Positions 28,968 to 40,289 are shown, counted from the stretch's first letter. The stretch is DNA of 64,000 nucleotides from Armatimonadota bacterium (GCA_037444405.1 JBBIML010000017.1:1-64000); one strand, 5' to 3'. A program made the numbers and translations. Notes: generated by a model not told the origin, from the letters alone.

Positions 28968-29903
28968 ATGCTGATTAAGCCGAGAGCGATTGAGCCAGGC
29001 ATGACCATCGGTGTGGTCTCGCCGTCGGGACCGATCAGTGAATCGGATCTGGAGAAGGGGCTACAGCCGTTCTATCAGCGGGGCTATAAGATTGTTCTGG
29101 GCGAGCATGTGCTAACGCGGCGGGGCTATCTGGCGGGCAGCGACGAGCAGCGCGCCCGCGACCTGATGGCGATGTTCGCGCGCGACGATGTGGACGCGGT
29201 GCTCTGTTCGCGCGGGGGCTACGGCGCGGCGCGGCTCATTCCGTATCTCCAGCCCGACCTGTTCCGCCAGCACCCGAAGGCGTTTATCGGCTACAGCGAC
29301 ATCACCGTGTTGCATCTGTGGCTCCAGCGCCATGTGGGGCTGGTCAGCTTCTACGCGCCGATGCCCATCACCATGACGCGCCCCATCCCCGAGCACGCGA
29401 TGGCGGTCTTCTGGCGGGCGCTGGAGCAGCCGGAACCGCTGGGCGAGCTGCCCAACTGGGACGCGCCCGTGCGCACCCTAACTGGCGGGCGAGCGCAGGG
29501 ACGGCTCACAGGCGGATGCCTCTGCCTGGTCACCAGCTCCGTCGGCACACCCTACGAGATCGACACACGCGACGCGATTGTGTTCCTCGAGGATGTGGAC
29601 GAACCGCCCTATCGCCTCGATTCGATGGTTAACCAGCTACGCCTTGCAGGCAAGTGGGAGCAGTGCAACGGCATCGCGTTCGGCGAGGACACCCGCTGGG
29701 ACAAGCATGTGCAGGAGGGTGAGACCACGCTCACGCCCGACGAGGTGCTGGACGACTATTTCAGCAGGCTGGGCAAACCTGTGGTGGTGGGTTTCCCGGT
29801 GGGGCATATTCAGGACCCGCTGACCCTGCCCTACGGCGTGCTGGCGGAGCTGGACGCCGAACGCGGCAAGCTCATCATCTTAGAATCGGCGACTGTGCGG
29901 TAA
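28968..29903 (+). CDS. LD-carboxypeptidase (peptidase S66)
   Basis: RGGYGA, FIGYSDIT, FLEDVDE and PVGH motifs. Confidence 0.92.
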   Translation: MLIKPRAIEPGMTIGVVSPSGPISESDLEKGLQPFYQRGYKIVLGEHVLTRRGYLAGSDEQRARDLMAMFARDDVDAVLCSRGGYGAARLIPYLQPDLFRQHPKAFIGYSDITVLHLWLQRHVGLVSFYAPMPITMTRPIPEHAMAVFWRALEQPEPLGELPNWDAPVRTLTGGRAQGRLTGGCLCLVTSSVGTPYEIDTRDAIVFLEDVDEPPYRLDSMVNQLRLAGKWEQCNGIAFGEDTRWDKHVQEGETTLTPDEVLDDYFSRLGKPVVVGFPVGHIQDPLTLPYGVLAELDAERGKLIILESATVR

Positions 29904-29906
29904 GCG

Positions 29907-30802
29907 ATGCTGACCACGCTGCTGATCGCGCTCGGTGTGGCGCTGGGGATGGTGCTGATTGGCAACTGGGTGGTGGTGCAGGCGTCGTTGCGTCCACCGC
30001 GCACGCCGCTGTTCCTGTCGCCGCGCGACCTCGATCTGCCCTGTGAGGAGGTGTGCTTCCCCGCGCGGGACGGTGTGCGCCTGCGCGGCTGGTGGATACC
30101 CGCTGATGAGCCGCGCGCGATTGCCATCCTCTGCCACGGCTACCTGATGAACCGCTGTGAGCCGTTGCCAATCGCCCGCCATCTGCACCCGCACGGCTTT
30201 CACTGTCTGGTGTTCGATTTTCGCGCGTCGGGCAAAAGTGAGGGGCGACTCTGCACGATTGGTGACATGGAGCGGCTCGATGTGCTGGGCGCGGTCGATT
30301 TTGCGCTGGGCAAGGCGCCTAACCTGCCCGTGGTGGTTTATGGCGCGTCGATGGGGGCGGTGGCAGCGATTCTGGCGGCGGACGATGAGCGTATCTGGGC
30401 GGGGACGATGAGCGTATCTGGGCGGTGGTCGCCGATTCGGGCTACGCGCGCCTGAGCGATGCTATCCGCGACTGGTGGCGCGGCAGCCTGGGCGCGGGCG
30501 TGGCATGGCTGTTGAAACCGAGCCTCTGGATCGGAATGCTCATCACGCGCCGCTCGCCCTATCGCGTCGCGCCCGAAGAGCAAATTGGCAAAATCGCGCC
30601 GCGACCCGTGCTGATTATTCACGGCACGCACGACCCGCTGATCACTCCCCGCCATGCCGAACGGCTCTATCGTGCCGCGGGCGAACCTCGCACGCTCTGG
30701 TGGGCGGACGGCAGCGGACACACTCAGGCACGCTTCGATAACCCCGACGCCTTCTACCCGCTGGTGGTCAACTTTTTTATCGATGCGATTCAGCGGCAGT
30801 AG
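29907..30802 (+). pseudogene. Alpha/beta hydrolase frameshifted by a 23-bp tandem duplication
   Basis: HGY, DFR and GASMG in one frame, IIHGTHD...GH in another; GGACGATGAGCGTATCTGGGCGG at 30380-30402 and 30403-30425. Confidence 0.88.
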
Positions 30803-31580
30803 AGGCGGTGGCGGTCAGCACAGAGCCGAACTTGCGCTGGCGCGACTGATAGTCGGCAATTGCGTCCAGCAGATGCTCCATATCGAAATCGGGCCACAAC
30901 ACAGGCGTGATATACAGCTCGGTGTAGGCGGTCTGCCAGAGCAGGAAGTTGCTCACGCGCTGCTCGCCCGCCGTGCGGATGAGCAGGTCGGGATCGGGCA
31001 GGTCGGGCTGATAGAGATGCGCCTGAATGGCGCTTTCGTCGATGGCGTCGGGTTCCAGTTCGCCCTGCTGGACTTTGCGGGCAATCGCGCGCATGGCATC
31101 GACCAGCTCGGCGCGCCCGCCGTAGTTGATTGCCAGATGGAGCGTGATGCGCCGATTGTGCGCGGTGAGCTGCTGAGCGCGCTGGATCGCTGCCTGCAGT
31201 TCGGGGTGCAGTTCGTGCAGGCGCCCGCTGAAAAGGATACGCACGCCGTTGCGAGCCATCACGGGCAGCTCCTCACGCGCGGAACGCGCCAGCATCATCA
31301 TCAAGCCGTCCACCTCGTCAGCCGGGCGACGCCAGTTCTCGGTGCTGAAGGTGTAGAGCGACAGGATTTCGATGCCCAGCTCGGCGCAGCCGTAGACCAT
31401 GCGGCGCACGGTACGGTGCCCGTTGGCGTGTCCAACGAGGCGGGGCAGCCCGCGCGCCTGCGCCCACCGCCCGTTGCCGTCCATAATCATCGCGATATGG
31501 CGCGGCAATCGCCCCAGATCGATGCCGCGCGCCTGCGCCCGCTCGCGCCAGTTCGTTGCGTGCTCGCTCAGTTCAGCCAC
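30777..31580 (-). CDS. uppS: Undecaprenyl-diphosphate synthase
   Basis: IMDGNGRWA, FSTENWRR and RTAGEQRVSNFLLWQ motifs. Confidence 0.97.
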   Translation of the reverse strand: MAELSEHATNWRERAQARGIDLGRLPRHIAMIMDGNGRWAQARGLPRLVGHANGHRTVRRMVYGCAELGIEILSLYTFSTENWRRPADEVDGLMMMLARSAREELPVMARNGVRILFSGRLHELHPELQAAIQRAQQLTAHNRRITLHLAINYGGRAELVDAMRAIARKVQQGELEPDAIDESAIQAHLYQPDLPDPDLLIRTAGEQRVSNFLLWQTAYTELYITPVLWPDFDMEHLLDAIADYQSRQRKFGSVLTATASTAAESHR

Positions 31581-31596
31581 CTCCAGCCGCGCCCAC

Positions 31597-32187
31597 CTAC
31601 ACCTCCATCAGCTCCGCCTCTTTGGCGGACTGCAGGCGGTCGGCTTCCTCGATATATCGATGGGTCAGTTTCTCCACCTGCTGCTCGTGGCGCTTGAGTT
31701 CATCTTCTGAAATCTGTTTCTCTTTTTGCAGGCGTCGGAGGTGTTCCAGCAGGTCGCGGCGGATGTTGCGGATGGCGACGCGCCCCTCCTCCACGCGCTT
31801 ATGCACCTGCTTGATGAGTTCGCGGCGCCGCTCCTCGGTGAGCGGCGGCAGGTTGATGCGCAGGGTGCGCCCATCGCTAATCGGGTTCACGCCCAGGTCG
31901 GATTTCTGGATGGCTTTTTCGATGGCGGGCACAACGGAGGGGTCCCACGGCTGGATCAGCAGCTGGCGCGGTTCGGGCACCGTGATGCTCGCCAGCTGTT
32001 GCAGCTGGGTGGGCGTGCCGTAGTAGTCCACCAGCAGCCGCTCCACCAGCGCGGGGTTCGCCCGCCCCGTGCGATAGCCTGCCAGGTCCTGGCGCAGATG
32101 CTCCACCGCCTGCTTCATGCGATGCTCCGCATCTTTGAACATCGCCTCGATGTTGGGTACCGCTTCCTCCTCGTGTCGTCTGGACAT
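31597..32187 (-). CDS. frr: Ribosome recycling factor
   Basis: RTGRANP, YYGTPT and PPLTEERR motifs. Confidence 0.97.
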   Translation of the reverse strand: MSRRHEEEAVPNIEAMFKDAEHRMKQAVEHLRQDLAGYRTGRANPALVERLLVDYYGTPTQLQQLASITVPEPRQLLIQPWDPSVVPAIEKAIQKSDLGVNPISDGRTLRINLPPLTEERRRELIKQVHKRVEEGRVAIRNIRRDLLEHLRRLQKEKQISEDELKRHEQQVEKLTHRYIEEADRLQSAKEAELMEV

Positions 32188-32202
32188 GGTTGTCCCTCCT
32201 CG

Positions 32203-32940
32203 CTATGGCTTGCTGGATACGAGCGTGCCAATCGGTTCGCCCTGCACCACGCGGCGCAGGTTGCCCGGCTCCCAGATATTGAATACGACCACCTCCATCT
32301 GGCGCTCCATGCAGAGGGTGAAGGCGGTCAGATCCATGATGCGCAGCTGGCGCTGGAGCGCCTCTTCGAAGGAGAGGCTCTTGAACTTGACGGCATCGGC
32401 GTACTGGCGCGGGTCGCGGTCGTAGATGCCGTCCACATTGGTGGCTTTGAGCAGGGCGTCGGCGTTGAGTTCGACTGCGCGGAGCGAGGCGGCGGTGTCG
32501 GTGGTGAAGAAGGGATTGCCCGTGCCAGCCGCCAGAATCACGATCCGCCCCTTCTCCAGATGGCGAATGGCGCGGCGGCGAATGAACGGCTCGGCGACCG
32601 CCTGCATCGTGATAGCCGACTGCACGCGCGTGTCGACCCCATAGCGCTCAATCGCAGCCTGCAACGCCAGCGCGTTGATGACGGTGGCGAGCATGCCCAT
32701 ATAGTCGGCGGTCGCATGTTCCATCCCTGTCTGGGCGAAGGTGCTGCCCCGCACGATGTTGCCGCCGCCCACCACCACCGCCAGCTGGATGCCCAGCTCG
32801 TGCGCGCTGATCAGCTCGCGCGCCAGATAGTCGATGGCGTCGGGGTCCAGCCCCACACCTTTCTCCCCTGCAAAAGCCTCACCGCTCAGTTTGACCAGCA
32901 CGCGCTGCCAGCGCGCAGCGCCCGCTTTCCGATGCTCCAT
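32203..32940 (-). CDS. pyrH: UMP kinase
   Basis: KLSGEA, GGGNI and GTGNPFFTTD motifs. Confidence 0.97.
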   Translation of the reverse strand: MEHRKAGAARWQRVLVKLSGEAFAGEKGVGLDPDAIDYLARELISAHELGIQLAVVVGGGNIVRGSTFAQTGMEHATADYMGMLATVINALALQAAIERYGVDTRVQSAITMQAVAEPFIRRRAIRHLEKGRIVILAAGTGNPFFTTDTAASLRAVELNADALLKATNVDGIYDRDPRQYADAVKFKSLSFEEALQRQLRIMDLTAFTLCMERQMEVVVFNIWEPGNLRRVVQGEPIGTLVSSKP

Positions 32941-32993
32941 GCTCCCTCCTTACCACCGAAAAGTATACCCGAAGGGGGTACACTCTTGCACGC

Positions 32994-34112
32994 ATGGATC
33001 GCGTTCAGGTGATGGCGGTGGTCGGCACCCGTCCCGATGCCATCAAGATGGCGCCGGTGGTGCTGACTCTGCGCTCCGATCCGCGCTTTCAGGTTCGCGT
33101 GGTCGCCACAGGACAGCATCGCGAGATGCTCGATCAGGTGCTGCGCCTGTTCCAGATCGTGCCCGATGACGATTTGCAGGTGATGACGCCCCATCAGAGC
33201 CTGGCGCAGATTACCACGCGCGTGCTGGAGGGGCTGGATCGGCTGCTGCAGCAGTATCACCCCGATGTGGTGCTGGCGCAGGGCGATACGACCACCACCT
33301 TCGTCGCCGCGCTCGCCGCCTTCTATCACAAAATCGCGTTCGGGCATGTGGAGGCAGGACTGCGCACCTACGATAAGTATCACCCGTTCCCGGAGGAGAT
33401 CAACCGTCGGCTGACCGCGCCGATGGCTGATTTCCATTTTGCGCCGACGGAGCGGGCACGCCAGAACCTTTTGCGCGAGGCGATCCCCGCCGAGCGTATC
33501 TGGGTAACGGGCAACACGGGCATCGATGCGGTGCTGTGGGTGGCGCAGCAGCCGTTCGAGCCGGAGCAGCCCCCACTTCAGCGTGCCTTCGCGCACGAAG
33601 GACGCCTGCTGCTGGTCACCACGCATCGGCGCGAGAACTGGGGCGAGCCAATGCAACAGATCGCGCTGGCATTACGCGACCTGTTAGATGCCCTGCCCGA
33701 CCTGCTGGTGCTGTTGCCGATGCATCGCAACCCGCGCGTGCGGGAGGTCATCCAGCGTGTGCTGGGCGAGCATCCGCGCGCGCTGCTGACCGAGCCGCTC
33801 GATTACGCGCCGTTCGTGCAGGTGATGCGCCGTGCCACGCTCATTCTGACCGATTCGGGCGGCGTGCAGGAGGAGGCGCCCGCGTTCGGCAAGCCGATTC
33901 TGGTCTTGCGCACGACCACCGAGCGCCCTGAAGGCGTGGAGGCAGGTACCGCGAAGCTGGTGGGCACAGATCGAGAGCGTATCCGTGAGGAGACGCTGCA
34001 TCTGCTGACGGATCCCGACGCCTACGCGCAGATGGCGCACGCCATCAACCCCTACGGCGACGGGCACGCCGCCGAACGCATCCGCGACATACTGGCATCC
34101 CATCTAACATAG
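32994..34112 (+). CDS. wecB: UDP-GlcNAc 2-epimerase (non-hydrolysing)
   Basis: GTRPDAIK, TGQHRE, HVEAGLR and TDSGGVQEE motifs. Confidence 0.95.
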   Translation: MDRVQVMAVVGTRPDAIKMAPVVLTLRSDPRFQVRVVATGQHREMLDQVLRLFQIVPDDDLQVMTPHQSLAQITTRVLEGLDRLLQQYHPDVVLAQGDTTTTFVAALAAFYHKIAFGHVEAGLRTYDKYHPFPEEINRRLTAPMADFHFAPTERARQNLLREAIPAERIWVTGNTGIDAVLWVAQQPFEPEQPPLQRAFAHEGRLLLVTTHRRENWGEPMQQIALALRDLLDALPDLLVLLPMHRNPRVREVIQRVLGEHPRALLTEPLDYAPFVQVMRRATLILTDSGGVQEEAPAFGKPILVLRTTTERPEGVEAGTAKLVGTDRERIREETLHLLTDPDAYAQMAHAINPYGDGHAAERIRDILASHLT

Positions 34113-34116
34113 CTCA

Positions 34117-34213
34117 GAGGTTGACAGGCTCATTCCCGCAATACCGATACAGGTTCGGGTCGCCCGATGCGGCGTCTATCGGGTCTCTTTGCAACCAGCG
34201 GGCAGTGCAGGGG
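34117..34213 (-). pseudogene. Rhs core remnant without toxin tip
   Basis: Translates TARWLQRDPIDAASGDPNLYRYCGNEPVNL*. Confidence 0.85.
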
Positions 34214-34258
34214 GGCATAGGCGCGGACGCCCCTATGGTGCCGCTTCAGTTTCTTTGC

Positions 34259-35020
34259 TCAATCGGTTAGCCCAATAGAAAGCGAATGAAAATATCCCTC
34301 CCTATCAAAATCAATTGAGCAAGCGCTTTTCTCAAACTCCAGCACCATATAGTGTCCATAATCGCGTACCCGTTTGACGGGAGCATTCCGTAAGAAGCTC
34401 ACTACCTCGCGACGAGGCGTTCCTGGCGACAGTACCAGTGTCCGATCCCCCACACGCACTAATAATCGCTGTTTCAAGTCCATTCATGCCTTAAGCGCCC
34501 AAGGTTCCAGCCTGATGGATGCCACCTCATCAGTGTTGGTGTACAAGACCCATGCAAACACACCGCCATACAGGTTATCCATGACATGCTCGGGATCAAT
34601 CCCTTGTCGCAAGGCGGCATCGCTCGGCATTTCTTCCACCAGAGGCTTGCCCAAAACTGCCTCCACCTGTGAGCGCTTCATGCCCAATTCCAGACACCCC
34701 GAAATGCCCTTGTCCAGGTCAATGGGACCTATCAGCACTGTGATAGGAGCTTTAGGGAGGTTCTGCCCACGACCGAACCACGGGGCGGCGGTGTTCCCCG
34801 CGCGCTGACAGCCACTCCCACCAAGCAAAACTATCATCAGTAAAACACCTGTGAATAGCAACCCAAGAATGGCTGTGCCTCTTTTGCCCCTCGGTTGATT
34901 CACAAAGAGACACCTTAAGCAACTACTTCTGCCAATATTTTTTCGGTAACACATAGAGCTCCCCTCGCTTAAGCGCGTCCAAGCAGGCTTGTTCACATGA
35001 TTTCCCTTTCTGCGCCGCAC
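34259..35020 (-). pseudogene. Putative lipoprotein (immunity-like) split by one in-frame TGA
   Basis: Lipobox-like LLGGSGC; ORFs 34484-35020 and 34259-34483 are in the same frame (GCA TGA ATG). Confidence 0.55.
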
Positions 35021-35088
35021 ACTGCCTTCCTACTGCATCATTGGCTAAATCCATCGGGCTATAGGTGTCGTTGTTAGATGAGATGTGA

Positions 35089-35379
35089 TTGCGGTATCGG
35101 GAGGCGCAGGTAGTGATAGCGGACGGTGCGTATGATCGGGAGGGTTCGTTGGCGTGGTTGTTGAGCCAGTGGGAGGTTGCGTTGGAGTACGCAGTGCGCT
35201 CAGGCGGGGATTTTGTAATGTTGCCGCGTCGGTGGTTGGTGGAGCGTAGTTTTGCATGGTTATTGGGCTGTCATCGTTTGGGTCGTTGTTATGACCAGTT
35301 ATGCAAGGTGAAGGCGTGTTGGACAGTGGTGGCGTGTGTTCAGTGGCTGGTGCGTCGGATAGCAAGGAACAGTTCCTAG
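35089..35379 (+). mobile_element. IS5-family transposase C-terminal remnant
   Basis: ADGAYD and LPRRWLVERSFAWL motifs. Confidence 0.8.
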
Positions 35380-35850
35380 ATCACCTCTCGCATCCCGTTC
35401 GCGTTTCTCGAAAGGTTTGCCATGAGCAGGGGTGATAGTAGGCTCGATACCATGTGCCGAACAAAGAATAATCCGTAGTATGATTTTTGAAACAAGTCCA
35501 ACGAAACCAAGACACCATCATAGAAATAAAGGTATAATGAGATAAAGATACTTAATAAAACAATTGATAAGACTTTCCAATAAAGGCGACAAGACAAAAA
35601 CAAAAGTATAGCCCATACTGTCCCCGATGGCAAAATTATCATCATATCTATGTTCAAAAACGGATTAAATAAAAAATACAATAAAAAAATAAGCAAGTAT
35701 CAAATCCATGAAATCTAGCATTCCAGAAACCTGAGATAAAGAAACAAAGACACAGTAAATATAGCTCGTCAGGTTCGCAATCGTATAGGCGACCATCCAA
35801 TAAAGAATGGTCACTGCCAGCCACTGTATAAAATGTTTCCTGACCCTCAT
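35376..35850 (-). pseudogene. AT-rich membrane protein, frameshifted in a T7 tract
   Basis: Removing one base of the homopolymer at 35683-35689 joins ORFs 35665-35850 and 35376-35696. Confidence 0.6.
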
Positions 35851-36042
35851 CTCCTGTCCCCATCCCTATTTTACCAGAAAGCAGGCGGAATCCAGGCGAA
35901 AAAGCCCAACTGCACTGCAAGCCCCGTCGTAATCGTTGCCAAATCAGGTCGTTCCTCTGCACTGTGAAGTGAAAATGGATATACCTGCACTATTGCAATG
36001 ATGGGGGTGATAGGGAATAACCCCCTCACGGAGGACACACAC

Positions 36043-36757
36043 GATGCAAAAGAAAACCAACCGGCACGAAAGCCTCTCTGTCCACTTCGCCCGCCTCGCT
36101 TACGCCCTCGCCCAACAGGTACTCCCCCGCTACGCCCCCCAAAAGCCCCCATCACGACACCCTCCCCCAACTCGCTGCCTGCGTCCTGCTCAAAATCGAC
36201 CGCAATAGCACCTCTCACGACACCGAAGAGTGGCTCCGCGCCAGCGCCGGAATCCGCACCGTGCGGGAACGGGACACCGTGCCTGACGACACCCCCTTGG
36301 CACGCGCGTTCGCTAAAATCCCCACCCCCTTGTGGCGTCCGATGAATGCCACCTTGCTCCAGCAGTGAGGCGTTCAAGACGACCTCGTGGCACAGGGTTT
36401 CAGGACACGCAAGCGAGTGCGCTCTCTCGGTCGCGCTCAGGGCGTCCGTACCATCTTTGGTACAAGGCGGGGTGGGTGGTGGGCACGCGCCCGCAGTTCG
36501 TACTGGGGATGATCACAGGGCAGGGGTGATGTTCCGATGTTCCCTGGTTGCCCTCGTTGCGGCGGCAGGCGCAGCGATATGTGCCGCGTGCCGGGCGTTC
36601 GGTGCGCGTGTGGTTGGTGATAGACAAGGGGTTTGATGGGCAGACGGTGACTTGGACCAACGGCATTCCACCGATACGGCGGAGGCAGCAGTTGCGTTCG
36701 GTTGTGCGTCCGTTTGGTTGGGCAGCTCTCCCTACTCACAGTGTGAAGGACCGCTGA
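36043..36757 (+). mobile_element. Degenerate IS5-like DDE transposase pseudogene
   Basis: Frameshifted segments LPRY..KSP....PQLAACVLLK, VPDDTPL, GTGFQDTQAS, IDKGFD. Confidence 0.65.
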
Positions 36758-36875
36758 TCGCGCTTTCCCAGGGGCACTGGCGATATGCGACCGCACTCAG
36801 CAAGCCAGGATTCCTCACCGACCACAAGGTGGATCCACGGTGGCAAAGCGGCAGTGAGTATATCCTACAAGCTTT

Positions 36876-37658
36876 TCAAGGCTCACCTGCCCTTACCTCC
36901 CCATCAATCTGCGCTTGTGGATCGTACCTCAGGAGATTGCCCCATACCCGTCCTGCAAGACCTGCTATGAAAAACCAGCCTGCTTCGTAAGTGAGTATTA
37001 CCAGCCGCTCCTCGTTTGGCGCCCAGCGCACTGGGGGAAAACCAAGCAGGCTACAGGCCCATACTGCCAAACTGAGAGCGAAGAGCGGATGCCTCTTCTC
37101 GTAACTCAATGCTCTCCCATACGACACCCTTATGGCGGAGTAAATGATAAGGAAAATAAGCACAAATTTCAAAGCGAGGTATAGGAGAAATCCCCATCGA
37201 GCGCCGATGACGCCCCCGAAGCTCGTACTGAGAGTGCTGCCCATAATCGTAAGCACCTGCAAAGGATCCAGAACAAGATGCTCTTTCAGGGTAATCTGCC
37301 AGAGCGGGTCGTTCGAAGCCGTGAGAAACAAAAGCTTAGCCCATAGCACACAAACAACGGAGAATATCGTCAGAAACAAAACCCCATGCCTGGCTAAGTA
37401 TAGCAACAGTTGCCTCGCACCCATCGCAGGATGTTTCCACCCTGCCGCGTAACTGCTAATCAATCCCGTAATCAAAAAGATCCATCGAGCGATTCCATTA
37501 ACAAGCCCCACTATCAGTAGAGACGCTCCATAGCCCCGAAACCAGGGATTCAGCAGATATGCGATCCCCAGCGCCAGCAAAGGAGCGACCAGCCAGGTTC
37601 CCAATATGAGCCACCCTGTGATGCTCAGGAGCCGCACAAGATTGCGCTTTATAGCCAC
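36876..37658 (-). CDS. Multi-pass membrane protein (putative immunity family)
   Basis: Hydrophobic; RGYGASL...ARW motif shared with the genes at 47597 and 48417. Confidence 0.65.
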   Translation of the reverse strand: MAIKRNLVRLLSITGWLILGTWLVAPLLALGIAYLLNPWFRGYGASLLIVGLVNGIARWIFLITGLISSYAAGWKHPAMGARQLLLYLARHGVLFLTIFSVVCVLWAKLLFLTASNDPLWQITLKEHLVLDPLQVLTIMGSTLSTSFGGVIGARWGFLLYLALKFVLIFLIIYSAIRVSYGRALSYEKRHPLFALSLAVWACSLLGFPPVRWAPNEERLVILTYEAGWFFIAGLAGRVWGNLLRYDPQAQIDGEVRAGEP

Positions 37659-37699
37659 AGCGCTCCTCCAGTTTGCTCTCGCGGTTAAAATACCGAAAG

Positions 37700-38206
37700 T
37701 TAATCAGTTCTGGTTCCACCTCGCCGTGCCCAGCCAAACACCCGAAGCGTTCCTGCAACCATCGGAACGATATAGTAAAGCATATGCTCATAAAGCGGTA
37801 CTGGTCGGTAATCAATCGGATTGCCAATCCTAAAATAGGCGACTATCTGCAAAACAATACAAACCACCAAAACGAATATCTGCTGTATGAGAGATAGACG
37901 AGAAGCGCGGAGGACGAGGTAAAACAGAGCCGCTATACCACTCATATACCAGTAGCGCAAAACGCCCCAGGTCAACAGATAGCCACACAGAAATGGCAAC
38001 CCTGTAAGGGATTGCGCCAGCAGTGGAAAGAAACGGAGTAAGGCTTCAAATAGAGACAAACCCTCCTTCGCATAGCCTCCCCCAAGATAGAAAGCAGCCA
38101 AACCTGCCAGCGTGTGAACAATCCAGGAAGAGATGAAGGCACCTGCAAGCCATAGACAGGCGCCTCGCAATAGGGTCGTGAACACCTGGTGCAAACGCGC
38201 TCTCAT
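37700..38206 (-). CDS. Membrane protein, hypothetical
   Basis: Hydrophobic ORF with RBS-like GAGGG. Confidence 0.55.
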   Translation of the reverse strand: MRARLHQVFTTLLRGACLWLAGAFISSWIVHTLAGLAAFYLGGGYAKEGLSLFEALLRFFPLLAQSLTGLPFLCGYLLTWGVLRYWYMSGIAALFYLVLRASRLSLIQQIFVLVVCIVLQIVAYFRIGNPIDYRPVPLYEHMLYYIVPMVAGTLRVFGWARRGGTRTD

Positions 38207-38250
38207 AACCGCCCTCTAATGCTCACAACAGCAGAATAAGATTGGGATTG

Positions 38251-38757
38251 TTAGGGTTTACTCCCCTCCATCATGAAAACCTTGCGAGTAGAGTCCCAGC
38301 GCAGACGATGCTTGTGCTTTGCATACCACTCCTTCCATAACCTCCCTATCCGCTTCCGCTGCTCGTCTGTCACGCTATCGCATTTCGAAGAATCAATCCA
38401 TTGCCCTCCGACTGGATCCCCGACCGTCGCGTGAAGCACCTCTCGCACGCAATCGCTGACCGTGCAGACCTCGTTATAGCGAAAGGCTTCCCAGCTATCT
38501 ACCGCTCGGTTACTTAAGCGCACCGTGCGGACTCTTACAGGTGTAATATTATTAGTTTCTTCTATCAAGTAGGGTAGATACCAATTGGCATGGTCAATCC
38601 AGTGATCAAGATTGCTCCAGCTCCCGTTGATGAGAAGCCAAACTTGAAGACGAAAGAGGAAATAAGGCCCTCTCCAAAACCAGAGGAGCAGACCTATAGT
38701 CGCTAGCCCCACTACCACATAGCCTCGGCACCGTTTGGGCTTATCGTTCAACCACAT
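38251..38757 (-). CDS. Hypothetical protein with N-terminal TM anchor (immunity-like)
   Basis: RBS GGAGGG before MWLND; single TM segment. Confidence 0.55.
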   Translation of the reverse strand: MWLNDKPKRCRGYVVVGLATIGLLLWFWRGPYFLFRLQVWLLINGSWSNLDHWIDHANWYLPYLIEETNNITPVRVRTVRLSNRAVDSWEAFRYNEVCTVSDCVREVLHATVGDPVGGQWIDSSKCDSVTDEQRKRIGRLWKEWYAKHKHRLRWDSTRKVFMMEGSKP

Positions 38758-39023
38758 GCCAAGCCCTCCATTTTTTCGCCAGCTGACAGAACTCATCAAT
38801 GTTGCGTTGCTCTACCTGCTTGCCACGCGCTGCCATGATATTACCTTCCCAGCCTTGATTGGGGATTGACACCAGCTTATTTTTTATGTAAACATTTTTA
38901 TACTCTTAGTCCTAATAAATGTCCGATAGCCAGGCGCACCGATCACGGTTCCATACAATCCCCACACTCCTGATAACATGATGATATCCAACTCAGCTTC
39001 CTGCATTGCCACTAAAGACCCCC

Positions 39024-39560
39024 TCACTCAGTATCTCCGCTACGATAAGCAACAATATTAGCAAGCCACCGCCTTAACTTGATCAACAGGCTAACCAACA
39101 TCACAACGGCTCCAAAGTAAATCAGAACCTCCACCACGACAACCGCAACGAACGCCAGCACGGCGTAGAGTCCCAGAGCGAGACCCGCCAGGCGCGGTCC
39201 CTCGCGTTCTCCCAAACCTTCCACGACTACCAGGCTCACAGCCGCCGCCATTCCTGCCAGAAAACAGGATTCGAGCAGGATGCGCCGCCAATCGCGAACC
39301 CACAAAAAGGCAAGGAGCAATAATCCCATCAGCGCGATATGAATGCTATTATAGACAAGGCTGTAGTTGCTAAAGTCGATAGGTAGCCATCGCCAAGGCG
39401 CTGGCAGCGAGTCGCGAACTGCGATAAACAAATCCAGACCCAGTAGTTTGGAGCCGTAAATGGTTCCAAGAGCCAGAGACAAACCTCTGGTTGACCATCT
39501 TAGCCAGTAAGAGAAAACTTTGAGAAGCTTTCTCTCAGAGCGAAAACCGTGTTTCTGCAT
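39024..39560 (-). CDS. Membrane protein, candidate immunity for the Tlde1-like tip
   Basis: Directly downstream of the toxin; RBS GGAGG; several TM segments. Confidence 0.6.
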   Translation of the reverse strand: MQKHGFRSERKLLKVFSYWLRWSTRGLSLALGTIYGSKLLGLDLFIAVRDSLPAPWRWLPIDFSNYSLVYNSIHIALMGLLLLAFLWVRDWRRILLESCFLAGMAAAVSLVVVEGLGEREGPRLAGLALGLYAVLAFVAVVVVEVLIYFGAVVMLVSLLIKLRRWLANIVAYRSGDTE

Positions 39561-39571
39561 GAACAACCTCC

Positions 39572-40289
39572 TTATGGATAATACCTGAGTCTTGGGTCTT
39601 GAGGAACACTCATACGAGGTAGTGAACGCAAGGGTGTTGGAACTCTCACATTTCTATTGACATACTTCACTACTACCTTGACTTTTCTGCATCCGCGCTG
39701 CTGGATTAGTCGCGCAATCACTTCATCATTTGTTCCAACATCGATGCAGCCAGCCGAGCCGTAATCATTCCACTCTGAGCTGCCGTGCAGGAAAAAGCCA
39801 CTCCGCCCGAAGGTATTCGTGTTCTTGTCAGGCTGAAGAGGCACACGATAGTTGCCCCATGAGTCAGAAGGAGGGTAGTACTCGGGCGAGCGCCACTTAA
39901 AGGGGTTCGGCGTAGCAGTTTGAACCTGTCGGGGGTCTATCCAGTATGTACCCTCTGGAATTGGACCATAATCCTGCTTGGACTGGTCTGCTGGGGTTGC
40001 GCCAGGCATCCCGCTGTAGGCAGTCACCGTTTCTACCTGCCTTCCAGTTTCATCATAGAACTTGAGCTTGTCTCCTGTAAAGATGATGGTCTTGATACAA
40101 GGCTGTTTTGCCCCTGATGGATCCACCCCGTTGACGGAGTCATTCCCACAATACCGATACAGGTTCGGGTCGCCCGAGGCGGCATCTATCGGGTCTCTCT
40201 GCAGCCAGCGGGCGGTGCGGGGGTCATACTCACGGGCGCCGACATGATACAACCCTACCTCAGGTATCCATTCATACCCGTACGCCCCC
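39572..40289 (-). CDS. Orphan Rhs core end plus Tlde1/DUF2778-like L,D-transpeptidase-fold toxin (5'-truncated)
   Basis: DPSG boundary then GPIPEGTYWI, RSGFFLHG and SAGCI. Confidence 0.82.
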
